IMG/VR virus record: IMGVR_UViG_3300006153_000061
Direction: 5' to 3' (one strand)
DNA: 35,850 nucleotides
Source of the DNA: a virus
The number at the start of each line of letters is the position of its first letter. The stretch's first letter is position 1. The position numbers were made by a program, and so were the translations under genes. Positions 8,960 to 20,504 of this stretch are shown in pieces. Below the pieces are notes generated by a model. It was given only the letters and a program-made list of their open reading frames with translations, was not told the DNA's origin and ran no database searches.

Positions 8960-9932
8960 TCAAATTATTTCTACTTGAATTGCATCTATTTCTTTGCCAA
9001 ATATTCCCGCATATCCATTCGTTGCATCATTTATGTTGTATTGTGTTATCCAACCAAGCCACTTGCCATTTTTTGTATGTACCCTATACCTTGCTGTTCC
9101 TTTTGTTGCTTTTATTACAATTCCGTCAATAGCTTTACCTTTTATTCCTGCAAAATCGTCTCCGCTTCTATCTTTTTCTCTGTCTGTTATTTCTCCTAGC
9201 CATTTGCCACCTTTTATATGTACTCTATATATAAGCTTTCCTGCGTTTTCCTCTTGTCCGACCGTATTACCTCTAAAACAGCTTATTGCTTGTCCGAAAT
9301 ATACCTGCATACCCCATGTCATTATGCTCGTTAAAATTGATTATATCACTAAGCCATCTGCCATTTGCATAGGCTTGATATTTTACATCTATTTTCTTTT
9401 TTTCTTGAACTGTATTTTGAACTGTTTGTTGCCCTGGGCTAGTTTCTGTTTTTTCGCCCATTTCTTCTCTTACCATATTTACAAACTTGTTCCAACCTTC
9501 ATCTAATGTTCTATGAGGGCAATATTTACCGCTAAAATCTTGATGCTTTTTAAGTCTATCAACTCCCCAACCATATTGTTTTAGTATTTGTGCAATCCTT
9601 TTAGCTCCATTTCTTCTTGCTTTTTCGTATCTTTCTCCTCCAGATTTAGAGTAGCATATTTCTATTGCTATACCCTTTCTATTTCCTTTCCCATTTCTTC
9701 CATCTCCAGCATTGAAAGAGTTTTTATCAAAATCAATACAATGCACTACCCTGTAGTCATCTACTACTTCGTGAAAGCTTGTATAATTTGAGTTTCCTTC
9801 CATATACGATGCTTCTGCCATCGCACTAGCATCGTTTGCTGTTTCATGTGTTATTACAAATTCTGGTATCATTGAATAAGGACATTTTATTGGATATTGG
9901 CTCTTTGGCATTATTAAATTAGTTATTTGCAT
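8960..9932 (-). CDS. N-acetylmuramoyl-L-alanine amidase endolysin with C-terminal repeats; joined by +1 shift at CGG 9294-9296
   Basis: SMIPEFVITHETAN...SFHEVVDD...HQDFSGKYCPHR; junction GYAGIF[G]QAISCFRG matches the second repeat NGYAGIFGKEIDAIQVEII*. Confidence 0.9.
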
Positions 9933-10059
9933 TTTCTTGCACCTCCTCGCCTACTCCATCTTTTTCGTCAATCTCTGCAAATGTATTTTCTTTTAAATTC
10001 TTTTTGTAGAGTTCTTCATTGAACTCTACATCTTCTACTATATTTTCTTTATCTTCCAT
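9919..10059 (-). CDS. Small acidic hypothetical protein (46 aa)
   Basis: MEDKENIVEDVEFNEELYKKNLKENTFAEIDEKDGVGEEVQENANN*. Confidence 0.45.
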   Translation of the reverse strand: MEDKENIVEDVEFNEELYKKNLKENTFAEIDEKDGVGEEVQENANN

Positions 10060-10063
10060 ATTC

Positions 10064-10255
10064 TTAATCCTCCTCTCTAGTAATTCCTTTTATAGCCCAA
10101 AACTGAGCTTCTTCTAGCCTTGTTGTAGCTAGACTATTCTCTCTCGAATTATACTTGTCCAGAATGTCATAAACTTTTGAAAATAGTTCTCTTACTTCCT
10201 GTATCTGTTTTTCTTTTTTCTCGCTTACATTTATGAATTTTGCTCTTTCATTCAT
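10064..10255 (-). CDS. Hypothetical phage protein
   Basis: 63 aa ORF between holin and amidase. Confidence 0.5.
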   Translation of the reverse strand: MNERAKFINVSEKKEKQIQEVRELFSKVYDILDKYNSRENSLATTRLEEAQFWAIKGITREED

Positions 10256-10274
10256 AAGTTTTTACCTCACTTTC

Positions 10275-10314
10275 ATAAAAAAGAAGTCAACGACATTTGT
10301 GTCGCCAACTTCTT
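10275..10314 (-). terminator. Intrinsic terminator in the lysis region
   Basis: Minus RNA AAGAAGUUGGCGACA-CAAA-UGUCGUUGACUUCUU followed by a U-run. Confidence 0.7.
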
Positions 10315-10349
10315 TCATCCATGTATCTAATTTTTATCTAAGATACATA

Positions 10350-10604
10350 TTATTTGTTTTTTGCATCATATGCTATTACAGCAGTACCAACTCCGCCTAG
10401 TGCTACAATAACTGATTGTATTATTGTATTTGCATCTAGTCCTTCAATATGTATCAATATTCCTATTCCAGCTGCTATAAATCCAATTATTATGTTTTGT
10501 ATTGGAATAGGCAAATCGTAATTCCAGCCAAAGCGTTTTGATGCTTTACCCATCAAATAAGTAAATAGTGTTGTTACTACATAAACTAATACTTCTATTG
10601 ACAT
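10350..10604 (-). CDS. Phage holin
   Basis: Two TM segments, IQNIIIGFIAAGIGILI...VALGGVGTAVIAYDAKNK, next to amidase. Confidence 0.8.
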   Translation of the reverse strand: MSIEVLVYVVTTLFTYLMGKASKRFGWNYDLPIPIQNIIIGFIAAGIGILIHIEGLDANTIIQSVIVALGGVGTAVIAYDAKNK

Positions 10605-10620
10605 ACCTTTTCCCTCCTTT

Positions 10621-11067
10621 CTAAAAAAACTTGGATACTCCCAAAATTCCAGCTACTACTGCTAAAATTCCAGATAATATCCAAGCCATTATTTGTTTTT
10701 TTGAATTTCTCCAGTTTTCTGCATCTTTTAACACTGTTTCTTGCTCGAGTTTACTATCTAATTTTTCGTACTTTTTTTCAAGTTCATTGTACTTCTCTTT
10801 TAGTAGCTCTGTTTCCTTGCTATTTGCATTGTTACTACGCATAATCGCTTCCTTGAAATTAACACTTGTTGTTTTTAAATCTTCTGCAATATTTTTGATT
10901 TGTTCAATTGTTACGCTTAAAGACTTATCCACGCTGCTTAAAATCTGTTCGGCTCGAGTCATTCTATTTTCCACTTCATCTATTCTTATGGTATTTGATT
11001 TTGCTCTTTCTTCTAAATGAGCAACCTTTTCTCTTAGGTCTGTATTATCTTCCATGTTAGCCCTCAC
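10621..11067 (-). CDS. XhlA-like coiled-coil protein with C-terminal TM
   Basis: Coiled coil then KKQIMAWILSGILAVVAGILGVSKFF. Confidence 0.6.
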   Translation of the reverse strand: MRANMEDNTDLREKVAHLEERAKSNTIRIDEVENRMTRAEQILSSVDKSLSVTIEQIKNIAEDLKTTSVNFKEAIMRSNNANSKETELLKEKYNELEKKYEKLDSKLEQETVLKDAENWRNSKKQIMAWILSGILAVVAGILGVSKFF

Positions 11068-11183
11068 TTTCTAAAATCTCTGCCATTTCTGGATATTTCT
11101 CAATTACTTGTTCTTTTGTTAATTTATTTAAAGAAATTTGCATTTTTAAGTACTTTTTTAAATTCTCACTCATAACTTACCTC

Positions 11184-11477
11184 CTAAAACCCTAAAATTG
11201 AATTTACTGCATCTTCTACTAAACTTATTCTTGTTTCTATTTCTTGTGGATCAACTGGCTCTTTCCAGTTCTCGTTTATATAGAAGCCTTTTTCCGGTGT
11301 ATAACAATATTTGTTTTCTTCTACTTCTTCTGGAATTTCTTCTACATCATATACTTTTTTAACAAGTATTTCTGCAATAGCTTGTCCCCTGTCTATTACT
11401 ACATTTCCGTTGCTTTGATATGAGATTTCTTCTCTAATAGCTGCTATGCTATTATCATTATAAACTACTACTTTCAT
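11184..11477 (-). CDS. Hypothetical phage tail-region protein
   Basis: 97 aa ORF in the tail/lysis operon. Confidence 0.5.
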   Translation of the reverse strand: MKVVVYNDNSIAAIREEISYQSNGNVVIDRGQAIAEILVKKVYDVEEIPEEVEENKYCYTPEKGFYINENWKEPVDPQEIETRISLVEDAVNSILGF

Positions 11478-11480
11478 AAT

Positions 11481-12816
11481 TTAATTCACCTCGCTTTCAA
11501 AATTTGGCGTTACTATCTTAACAGGTTGTCCGTCTTTTGCACTTGTTTTTGCTATGCCGTGCTATTGTACTTTGTTTGTTTTTTACTTTTTGTGCTAGTT
11601 TTTCTATTTTGGGGTCATACATCATTCCATACATATAATTATTTGTAGAATAACTATGTGCAATAAATGCTAAGCCCATTTCATTTGCTACATTTGAAAT
11701 ACTTAATCCTGAATTTTGCATTGCACTAATTTGAGTATCTGTTGACATAGTTATTACATCTTCTCGTATATTACATTGTAGTGAATATAGATAGCAATTA
11801 AGACTTTTACTATGCAACAGTATTAAATTATTGCTATCTATCAATATAGAAGAAATCGCAGTGCCACAGTAAGTTTCATCATAAATTAATGTTTCAGTAA
11901 ATGTATCGTTTATTGTATCTGCATTTATATTAATTATAGTTGCAAAGATTTTATATACATTAGAATAAAATAAAATGAACTTATTGTAATCTAATTTTAA
12001 GCTAGTACAATGAATTTCGCTAGTTCCAATAGAAGTGCAATTAAATTCTTTTTTATCATTAATTACAATAGCATCTTGTTCTACTGTAATTAAATAATAG
12101 TCCCACTTAGCTGAACTATCTCTAGAATAAATCATAGCAAGTATTCTATCGTTACTTATTTTTTTTAATTGTGATAATAAACCTTTTTGGTCTTTTAATA
12201 AATACTTATTTTCTAGTTCAACTGTATTATTATTTATAGAAAAAATCACAATATTTACAAAATTACTTATTAAACAAATACCTAATATGCGATTCTCAGA
12301 TAAAGATATGAAGCTTTTTTTGCAAGATACTTGTACTGTTGCGTCATAAATAGCTGTACCTGAATAATCAGCAATTTCATTATCTATTACTTCGCATATA
12401 TAATAAGATAAATTTCCGTCACCTTGCTGCCACAATACACAGAATTTATTTTCATTTAATGCACATATAGAAAAATTTATATTTGAACTATTATTAGTAC
12501 TACATAACATTTTACTATTTACTACATTTATTGTCATGCCATCAAATTCACATACAATCACATAAAGAGCTGATGAGCCTGAATTTTTTATTGAGCCTAT
12601 TGCTACTCTATTTTCTGATAGTAAAACAGCTTCATAATTTTTTGTAGCAGTATTATATAATTCTGTGTCTTCTCCATATGTACCACTTTCATCTGTCTTT
12701 TGCTTAATAAACTCCACAAAATCTCCTGCAGTAATAATCCCCCATGCCTTAGCTTCCTCTACTATGCCCTTTATGGCACAGTTCCCTCCACCTGTTTTAT
12801 TAACTTTTCCGTTCAT
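11481..12816 (-). CDS. Tail fibre/receptor-binding-region protein, +1 shift at CGG 11557-11559
   Basis: Shift gives ...KQSTIA[G]IAKTSAKDGQPVKIVTPNFESEVN*, a typical tail C terminus. Confidence 0.7.
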
Positions 12817-13848
12817 TATACTACCTCCTGTTCTGCCTTAGTTGGCTCAGGTTTTACTCTCATTATAACTAACTGTAGCATTACGTCTATTTCCACTCGC
12901 TCATCATTTGTAAATTTAATGCTTCCATTTGCTGTTTCCCATTTTGCACTTAACATTGCTTCTAGTTGCTCATCATCTAGTATGTCTATCATGATATAAT
13001 CATTCTCTGTTATAGTATTATCTGTATATGTATATTCGTATTTTTCTGTTGTTTCGTTTAAGGCCCAACCGAGTAGATAGTAAAGTTATGTTTTTTGCTC
13101 GTGGTGGTTCTGCTTTTGTATTCTGTAGATTTTGTATTGAAGTATTTAATTCTGCTTTTGTATTATTTATCATATTAAATAAGTTCATGGCAGCATTTTC
13201 GTTCAATACATCTTCTGCTGCATCGCAATATGCCTGTAATTCTTCTATGAAAATATCAATTTCTTCTTTAGTACTAATTCCTAACTGTGCAAAATAACTA
13301 TTTTTTTTAGCTGTTATATCGTCTAATACATCCTGAATATCAATATCTATTAAACTTGTTACAATGCCTGCAAGTTCTGGGTCTCTTCTTGTATCTTCTA
13401 TATCTTCTAAATCTATTTTTGCTTTTGTATCTCCAACAGTAATTTTAGCAAGACAGATTTCATATATATCGTTTGTTCTTTCTAATTCTGCAAAATCTGT
13501 ATGAGTTCCTTGTTTAATGTATAAAGTAGTTTTCCTTTCTGCTAATGTATCATCTGCTCTAACTACCACCATATCTTTTCTTATTTTTCCTAAAGTTAAT
13601 TCTACCGGAAAAACTTTGTCTTCTTCTAGTTCAAAATCTAGTCCATTGATAATTCCTGCTCCTTTGGTTACTCTTACATTTAATCCTAAACTTGTTACTA
13701 CTTTCATACTATAATCGCCATAGTCTTTGTATTTTCCAAAGTACACTCCTGTGCTTAAAAATTTATGAAAGTAATTTCTAAATATTTGAGCGGGATATTC
13801 TCTATCGTCTGCAATGCTATCGAAAGGAAAACTTTTTAATTCAACCAT
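12816..13848 (-). CDS. Tail/baseplate-region protein, +1 shift at CGG 13069-13071
   Basis: Shift gives ...AKNITLLST[G]WALNETTEKYEYTYTDNTITENDYIMIDILDDEQ...EQEVV*, with stop and next start overlapping as TAATG. Confidence 0.8.
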
Positions 13849-14930
13849 TATTTTACCCCCCTACTTATAATTTTCTTTAATTGTTTATCTAGTTCTGGAG
13901 TTTTGTCTCCAAACGTAACTTCTATATCTGATTTGTCTCTTTCGTAAATTTCCCTAATTTCTGTAATTCTTTTATCTTCTGTGTATCCTTCTGTCTCAAT
14001 TGTTACTATGTCCCCTAAGTCCCAATCTATCTCGTATTCCATATTTGGTATTTGGTATATCGTTCCTTCTATGCCTTTAACCTCTTTATAATTTTCAAGT
14101 TTCTTTTTTGCTTCTTCTGCTAAATCTTCAATTTCTATATTACTCATATCTAATAGCTGTTCTCTTCTTTCTAATCCTTCATATACTCCATCTTTTGCTA
14201 ATACAAGTGGTCTTTCTTCTAACTCGCCTTTACCTAATGCATATCCTACATTTTTCCATGATGATTTCTTATCTGTTATTTTAGAAGTTGCTAGATTTCT
14301 CTTTTTGTTGCTAAAAATTATAGGTGGATTTTCTGTTTGATTAATTGTTCTATCTTTACCTTCAAAGACATCAAAAAAAGCACATTTCTGTGCTAAATCT
14401 AAGACTATATCCCAACCTAAACCTGTATCTTTTGAAATATGTTCCATTAATTCGTCTACATACTCATATCTGCTTTGCCATACTGTTTTTAGTCCCCTAT
14501 TTTGCGTCTCTGCTAATTTTAGCCATGAAATATTTCTCTCAGGAGTTGCTATCCCATTGTAATAACTATCTATCATATGATTATTTATATAATGCTTAAA
14601 AACATTTTCTGCTTCAGTCTGTGCTACTCTATCGTAGTTGTCTGTTACTGTTAATCTTCTATTTGTTATTCCTTTTAACTGTATTCCACTTACTATTAAT
14701 GTTGTTGTATTATTGCAATCAATCTGTATATCTTCAATAATTCCTATTTTATTTTCTTTCTTATTTATTACAATAAAATTTCCTTCTTGCAGTTTGTCAA
14801 CATTTCGTTTATTTGTATTTATATGCAATTCAAATTTTCCCACACCGTGCCATGACCTGTTAAATATTAAGCTTTCATAATTCGATATAATACCTAATAA
14901 TTCAAAATCACTACTTACTATTTCAATCAT
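13848..14930 (-). CDS. Siphovirus ReqiPepy6 Gp37-like tail protein
   Basis: MIEIVSSDFELLGIISNYESLIFNRSWHGVGKFELHIN. Confidence 0.8.
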   Translation of the reverse strand: MIEIVSSDFELLGIISNYESLIFNRSWHGVGKFELHINTNKRNVDKLQEGNFIVINKKENKIGIIEDIQIDCNNTTTLIVSGIQLKGITNRRLTVTDNYDRVAQTEAENVFKHYINNHMIDSYYNGIATPERNISWLKLAETQNRGLKTVWQSRYEYVDELMEHISKDTGLGWDIVLDLAQKCAFFDVFEGKDRTINQTENPPIIFSNKKRNLATSKITDKKSSWKNVGYALGKGELEERPLVLAKDGVYEGLERREQLLDMSNIEIEDLAEEAKKKLENYKEVKGIEGTIYQIPNMEYEIDWDLGDIVTIETEGYTEDKRITEIREIYERDKSDIEVTFGDKTPELDKQLKKIISRGVK

Positions 14931-15811
14931 TATCCACCTCCATAGGCTATTGCGAACTCTACATCTATTGTTCCTATATCGCTTTCATCGTCTCCGCTAT
15001 ATCTAATACTATTTTCTCCCCAAGTCAGTCTAAAGAAATCTCTATGTTCTAAATCTATCCAATTGAAGACGTTTTCTTTTACTCCGTTTTCTCTTAAAAT
15101 ATCTACAGTTTCGTCTCCATATGCAGTATTTATTAGTAGTGTTTCACCCTTTTTTAGAGTTCTGTTTACTTTTAGACTTTCACCAGTTGTATCATTATAT
15201 ACAATAGGATTTTTTACTGGTCCGTGATATTCTATTTGTAGCGGTACTTCAAAGTCTCCTTCATTTTCAATATTTCTCATAAATCCTACATTACTAAATT
15301 TGCTTGGTGTCTTTAACGGAAACTTAAGTCCACCATATAGACTTTTAATTGCTAATTTTGTGTTTTCTTCATCTAACAAGTAAGGATTATTAGCAGTAAA
15401 TACTATCTCGGCTGTCATATGATTATTAACTCTAGTTTTAAAATCAACAGAATCTTCTATATGAGCATATATTCGATATGTTTTATAATCATTAGTATAA
15501 AATAGAAGTAGTTCTCCTTTTTTCTCAGTATTTGCATTGTATGTTCTAGGATTTATTATTCTTAAAACTCTTCTTCTTAACTTATATAGTTCCTCTCTAT
15601 TTTCTGCTCTTATCGTTGCTTGAAGTCTTATTATCCTATCTTCTAACAATATACCATATACATCAGAGCCATCTTGAAGAGGTGCTTGTGTTCTTTGTTG
15701 TGTTGTCTCAGGTATTCCTAATCCTTCAATATGACTTAGTAATATATCTCCACTCATATCAAAAGTAATTTGTTCGTTTAAGCCTAAATTTATAACTTTT
15801 AATCTTTGCAC
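14930..15811 (-). CDS. Phage tail family protein (distal tail-like)
   Basis: LQATIRAENREELYKLRRRVLRIINPRT...; position after the tape measure gene. Confidence 0.8.
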   Translation of the reverse strand: MQRLKVINLGLNEQITFDMSGDILLSHIEGLGIPETTQQRTQAPLQDGSDVYGILLEDRIIRLQATIRAENREELYKLRRRVLRIINPRTYNANTEKKGELLLFYTNDYKTYRIYAHIEDSVDFKTRVNNHMTAEIVFTANNPYLLDEENTKLAIKSLYGGLKFPLKTPSKFSNVGFMRNIENEGDFEVPLQIEYHGPVKNPIVYNDTTGESLKVNRTLKKGETLLINTAYGDETVDILRENGVKENVFNWIDLEHRDFFRLTWGENSIRYSGDDESDIGTIDVEFAIAYGGG

Positions 15812-15822
15812 CTTACACCTCC

Positions 15823-18800
15823 CTAAAATATACGTGATATTGAATTTGCTAAATTTCTATTGATCGTTTCTTGTTTCTTATAAGCTGTCGATGGACTGTC
15901 TGCATATGAACTAAATGTATTATACTGATTTACATTTATACTTCTAGTATTATATGTTGTACTATATCCGCTACTATAACTTCCACTTGCCGAGGCTTGT
16001 AATCTTGCAATATTACTTGCTATTGCTGAGTCTATTCTTCTTTGTATTTCTGCAATAGCATTCATTATAATTTCCATTGCAGTATCTGCAAAACTATTTC
16101 CTAGTTTTTCTCCAAAGGTTTGTCCTGTTATTGCATAAGCATCTCCGTATGTTTGTAATAATTCAAGTATTTCATTTTGGTTTTGTTCTACATGTAAAAG
16201 CATCCATTGAGCTGTTTCTTCCGCTTTTGCCATTTGTTCTTCGTAATATTCTTCCATAGCTTTTAATTGCTTTTCATATTCTTCTTTTCTTTTTTCTGTC
16301 TCTTTTTCAATAGCTTCAATCTTAGCATTTTGTTCTTCTTGTAGTAATTTCTTTTGTTCGTACAAAGCCTCTTTCTTATCTTCTAACACTCTCTTATCTA
16401 ATGTCTCTTTATAATCTGCAACTAACTTATCTAATTCTTTTTGATAATTTGCTTTCGTAACTTCATCATGTTCAAATGCTATTAGGTTTTCTAGTCTTTC
16501 TTTTTTAGTATTGTAATCTTCGTCTTCCTCATCTCTTGATTTTTGTTTTTCTGCCTTATCTAAAGCCTCTAATTCCTTTTCTATTGCTTCTATTCTTGCA
16601 TCATACTCTGCATTAATAGCGTCAATTCTTGCATTTTTCCACTTTTCCACTTCTTCTAAGTTTTTGTCTATCATTTCTTTGTCTTTTTCTTGCATGACTT
16701 CCAATTTCTTTGTAATTGCATTTGTTAATTGAGACAAAGTATTATCAATAGTTTCTACTCTCAAATCACGTTTTTGTTTTTCGTAATCTTTGATTACTTG
16801 CAATTCTTCTCTATATAGTTGTTTTCTTTCATTTAGACTTAGCCTTTCGTCATTCATTATTTGATTTAAATAACTTTTATGCATTTCAATTATTTTGTTA
16901 TAGTCCTTTGTCTGTTCGTCTACACTATATGCAGCACCTCTTAGTCTCTTTTGTTCTTCTATATAGTTTTCGTAATCTTCTGTTTGTTGGTCTAGCATTT
17001 CTTTTTCTTTTTGTGCAAGTTCTTTGTTTAGCTCATATATCTTTTCTCTTAGTTCCCTTTTTTCGTCTGTTGTTTTAGCATAACTTCTTAATGCTTTTTC
17101 GTACATTGCTATTTCTTCGTTTAGACTTATTTGGTCCATTGCTTTTTTGTGTTCTATTTCTTTTTTATAATTATCTAGCCTTTTATTTGAATATGATCCA
17201 CCACCTGAAGATTTTGGAGTATAATTACTAGTTACACTTCCTTGAAAATCTTCTAAACTCATCTTTGACAGTTCTACTAAAGAGTTTGTTGTTGCAACAA
17301 TTGAGTTTCTTACATCTTCTACTTTTTGTTGTGTAGCTGCAGCAATTTGAATAACGAGAGTATCATTGTTTTGCATCGCAGTTAATTCTGCTATGCTTTC
17401 TGTTATTGTTGCTTGTGCTAATGCCCATTCGGCTTGAGCTGCTTTTTCTTCAGCTTCTATCATTCCTTCAGTAGAACTTATTGTATTTTTATTTACTTTT
17501 GCTAGTTCAGGATATACTTTTACCAACTGTGATTTAGCATTTTTATATTCGTCTGTATCTGTTTTTCCCTGCTTTAGTACATCTAATAATTTTTTCTTTC
17601 CTTCTATATCTGCTTTAGTTTGAGCAATATCAACCAATTGTTCTCTTTGAGTTTTTATATTAGTCTTGCTTAAATATTGCTTTTTAGCATCATTTAATGC
17701 TAATGTTCCGTTCAATGTTTCTACTCTTCTTCGATAATAATCTACACTTTCTCCTGCTGACATATTTTCTTGTTTGAATTTTTCCATTTCCTTGTTTGCT
17801 TCATTCAATTGAGCATTTAGGGCATTTATTTCCCCTTTTTTTATAAATTCAAGCTTATCGGATTTTTTTATTTCTTGTATTTGATTTTCAATTTCTTCAA
17901 TTCTATTTTTCTTTTCTTCATATGCACTTATTATTTGTTGGGCTTCATTTCTTTCTTTTTCGACTACATCTTTTTCTTCTTCTGTGTATTCATTATTTTT
18001 ATTAAAATTATCTAGAGCATCAGATAAGTTCTTTGCCGCTTCTGCTTGCTCTTTCATTCGCTCTGTTTCTTCCTCTGTTTTTGTAATAATCACATTTAAA
18101 GCAGCCACTGCAGTTGCAATTGCGACTGCAATTAAAGTGATTGGATTAGTCATTAATGATGCTGTAAATGCCTTTGTTGTCATATTTGCAGTTTGTGCTG
18201 CTGTAGTATATGCATTATATGCTTTCTTCGCGGTAGTTAATGCTACAACCATAGCTAGCAACGTAGTTGTAAATGTTATCACTCCACTAGTTGCACCTTT
18301 ATGGTTTTTAATAAATTCCGTTAAAACCTTTGTAATAGATAGCTGTAATGAACCATATTGAGTTAAGCTTGGTATCATGGCTTCTCCAATGGTTCTTGAC
18401 AATTCTAGATTAACTGCTTTTAATTGGGCTTGCTGTCCTTGATATCCACTTGCTACCTCTGCTGCTGAACCCATAAACATAGTAGCTTCATTCATTATTC
18501 CATTATATACAGCTTGTGCTTTTTCTGCTTGTGTTAAGCTATCAGTTGTTTTTCCTATCTTTTCTGCATGTTCTTGATACATTTTAGAGATATTTTTTTG
18601 TACACCAGCTGCATCAGACAATACAGAATTTTCCATTCTAATACCGCTCTGTTGTTACTCTTACGGCTTCTGATAGAGTGTAATTAGCTTGTCTGTTTCC
18701 TACAGCAGCATCTTGTAATACTTTTAATATGTCTGCTGTTTGTTCAACTGTAAATCCATAAGTTAATAAATTCTTTGTAGATGCAGTTACATCTGCATCA

Positions 18801-19178
18801 TCCATTAATTTTAATTTATTTACATCTTCTATTGTTTCTTTTATCTCTGAAAATGAATTGTTTGTTGATTTGGCTGTTTTTTGTAATGCATTCATATTAT
18901 TAGTATATTGATAGTATTTATCTATACCGTCCTTGAACTGCTCCTGTTATTTGTTTTAATGAAAACATAATGCTTGCAGACATAGCAATAAAACTTGCAT
19001 CTAAATTTTTATTGCTACTTTGAACTTGTTGATTTTGTTTTTCTATTTCTTGAAGCTTTTTCTTTGCTGTATCTAATCCCTTTTCTAGTCCTTCTAGCTT
19101 CATTTTTAAATTTATAGCTAACTCTCCTACTACTGTTTCATTCACTTTATCACCTTCTTTCAAGCATAATAAAAGCAC
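15823..19178 (-). CDS. Tail tape measure protein, +1 shifts at CGG 18927-18929 and 18644-18646
   Basis: Three ORFs join: ...ITGAVQG[G]IDKYYQYTNNMNALQK... and ...LSEAVRVTTE[G]IRMENSVLSDAAGVQ...; long coiled coil with central TM segments. Confidence 0.92.
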
Positions 19179-19210
19179 CAGTTAATACTGATGCTTTTGT
19201 ATTATTCTAA

Positions 19211-19681
19211 TTATACATTATTCTTATATTTCCTTGAATAGAAATTATATATTAATGCGTCATCTATCACTCTATTACATCTAGCTTCTCCATCACAATC
19301 AATATATGTTAATTGCCACGGTAATTCAGAATGTGTCATTTTTTCTAGTTCATATCCTGAATATCCTCCAAATACTGCTAAAATTTTATCGATAAAGTTT
19401 TCTGTTTTTGTATCAGTCAACTTTACCACACTATTAAAACAAATTAGTTCATAACTATAAGCTATTCCTTTTATACTATCGTACACACTTCTTATTACAG
19501 GTCCATGTTTCCATGCCTCTATTTTATCTTCAAATAATCTATTCATATGTTCTGGGTTATAATTTTCATTATATTTTATTAGATACAATGAATATGCGTA
19601 ATACAATAATTTTTGAACCTGTTTAGGAGTTAATGATTTTTTAGATAACATATAATTAGCTATATTAATTGCTTTTTCCAT
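19211..19681 (-). CDS. Panacea/SocA-like (DUF4065) protein, candidate antitoxin
   Basis: INIANYMLSKKSLTPKQVQKLLYYAYSLYLIKYN...FEDKIEAWKHGPVIRSVYDSIK. Confidence 0.85.
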   Translation of the reverse strand: MEKAINIANYMLSKKSLTPKQVQKLLYYAYSLYLIKYNENYNPEHMNRLFEDKIEAWKHGPVIRSVYDSIKGIAYSYELICFNSVVKLTDTKTENFIDKILAVFGGYSGYELEKMTHSELPWQLTYIDCDGEARCNRVIDDALIYNFYSRKYKNNV

Positions 19682-19693
19682 AAAATCCCTCCT

Positions 19694-20474
19694 TTATATA
19701 ATTCCATTCATAAAATAGTACATATAGTTATTTCCAAAAGTAGTGAAATAATACTTATCTTCATATCCTTCATCTGATTCAATTATACCATTATTATTTA
19801 AAAAATCAACTATACTTTTTGCAATTTTTTCGCTTTTATCTTCCATTCCTTTTTTTCTTTTGTATTTACTTATTATCTTAACATATCTTAAAACTTTTTC
19901 GTAAGTTATATTAGTCCTACATTGATTATATAGTTCTCTAGTAACTTCCATTGTAAGAGGCAACATTCTGCTTTTTATAAGTTTACATTTTAATAAGTCT
20001 TTATCTTTTTCTTCGAAAAACATTTGTTTTTCTGCTTCCTCATCATCTATTATAGAATCGTCTGTTTTTACGATATCTTTAATTTTAGTATTTATTTTTT
20101 TCTCATCTTTTCTTATAACATCAACTGGATTTTGAACTTCATCATCTGAATAAAATTCTAATCCATCTTTTCCGCCGTTTTTTTATTCTATTTATAGCAA
20201 TATATGCAGGTAATGCTAATACTGCTATTATCATTATTCCTATTATCCCCCAAAAATAATTATTACCATACAGTAAAGATATTTCATTAACAGATATATT
20301 ATATTTTTCTGATAATATTAATGGAAACTCTAAAAAATAACTACCTGCTTTTAACAATAGAACTATTGAACAAAAATACACTATGCCAATAGTTATAACT
20401 TTCCATATTTTTTTATCTTGTAATTCTATATTCTTCATAAAATCCTCATATATTATAGTTGTTATAAGTAACAT
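19694..20474 (-). CDS. Two-TM membrane protein with long cytosolic C terminus, +1 shift at CGG 20175-20177; likely true start 20438
   Basis: MKNIELQDKKIWKVITIGIVYFCSIVLL...AYIAINRIKK[G]GKDGLEFYSDDEVQNPVDVIRKDEKK...EEAEKQMFFEEKDKDLLK... reads through both ORFs. Confidence 0.75.
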
Positions 20475-20504
20475 CTACCTAAGTAAGTGTTTTTATTTTT
20501 TGTT

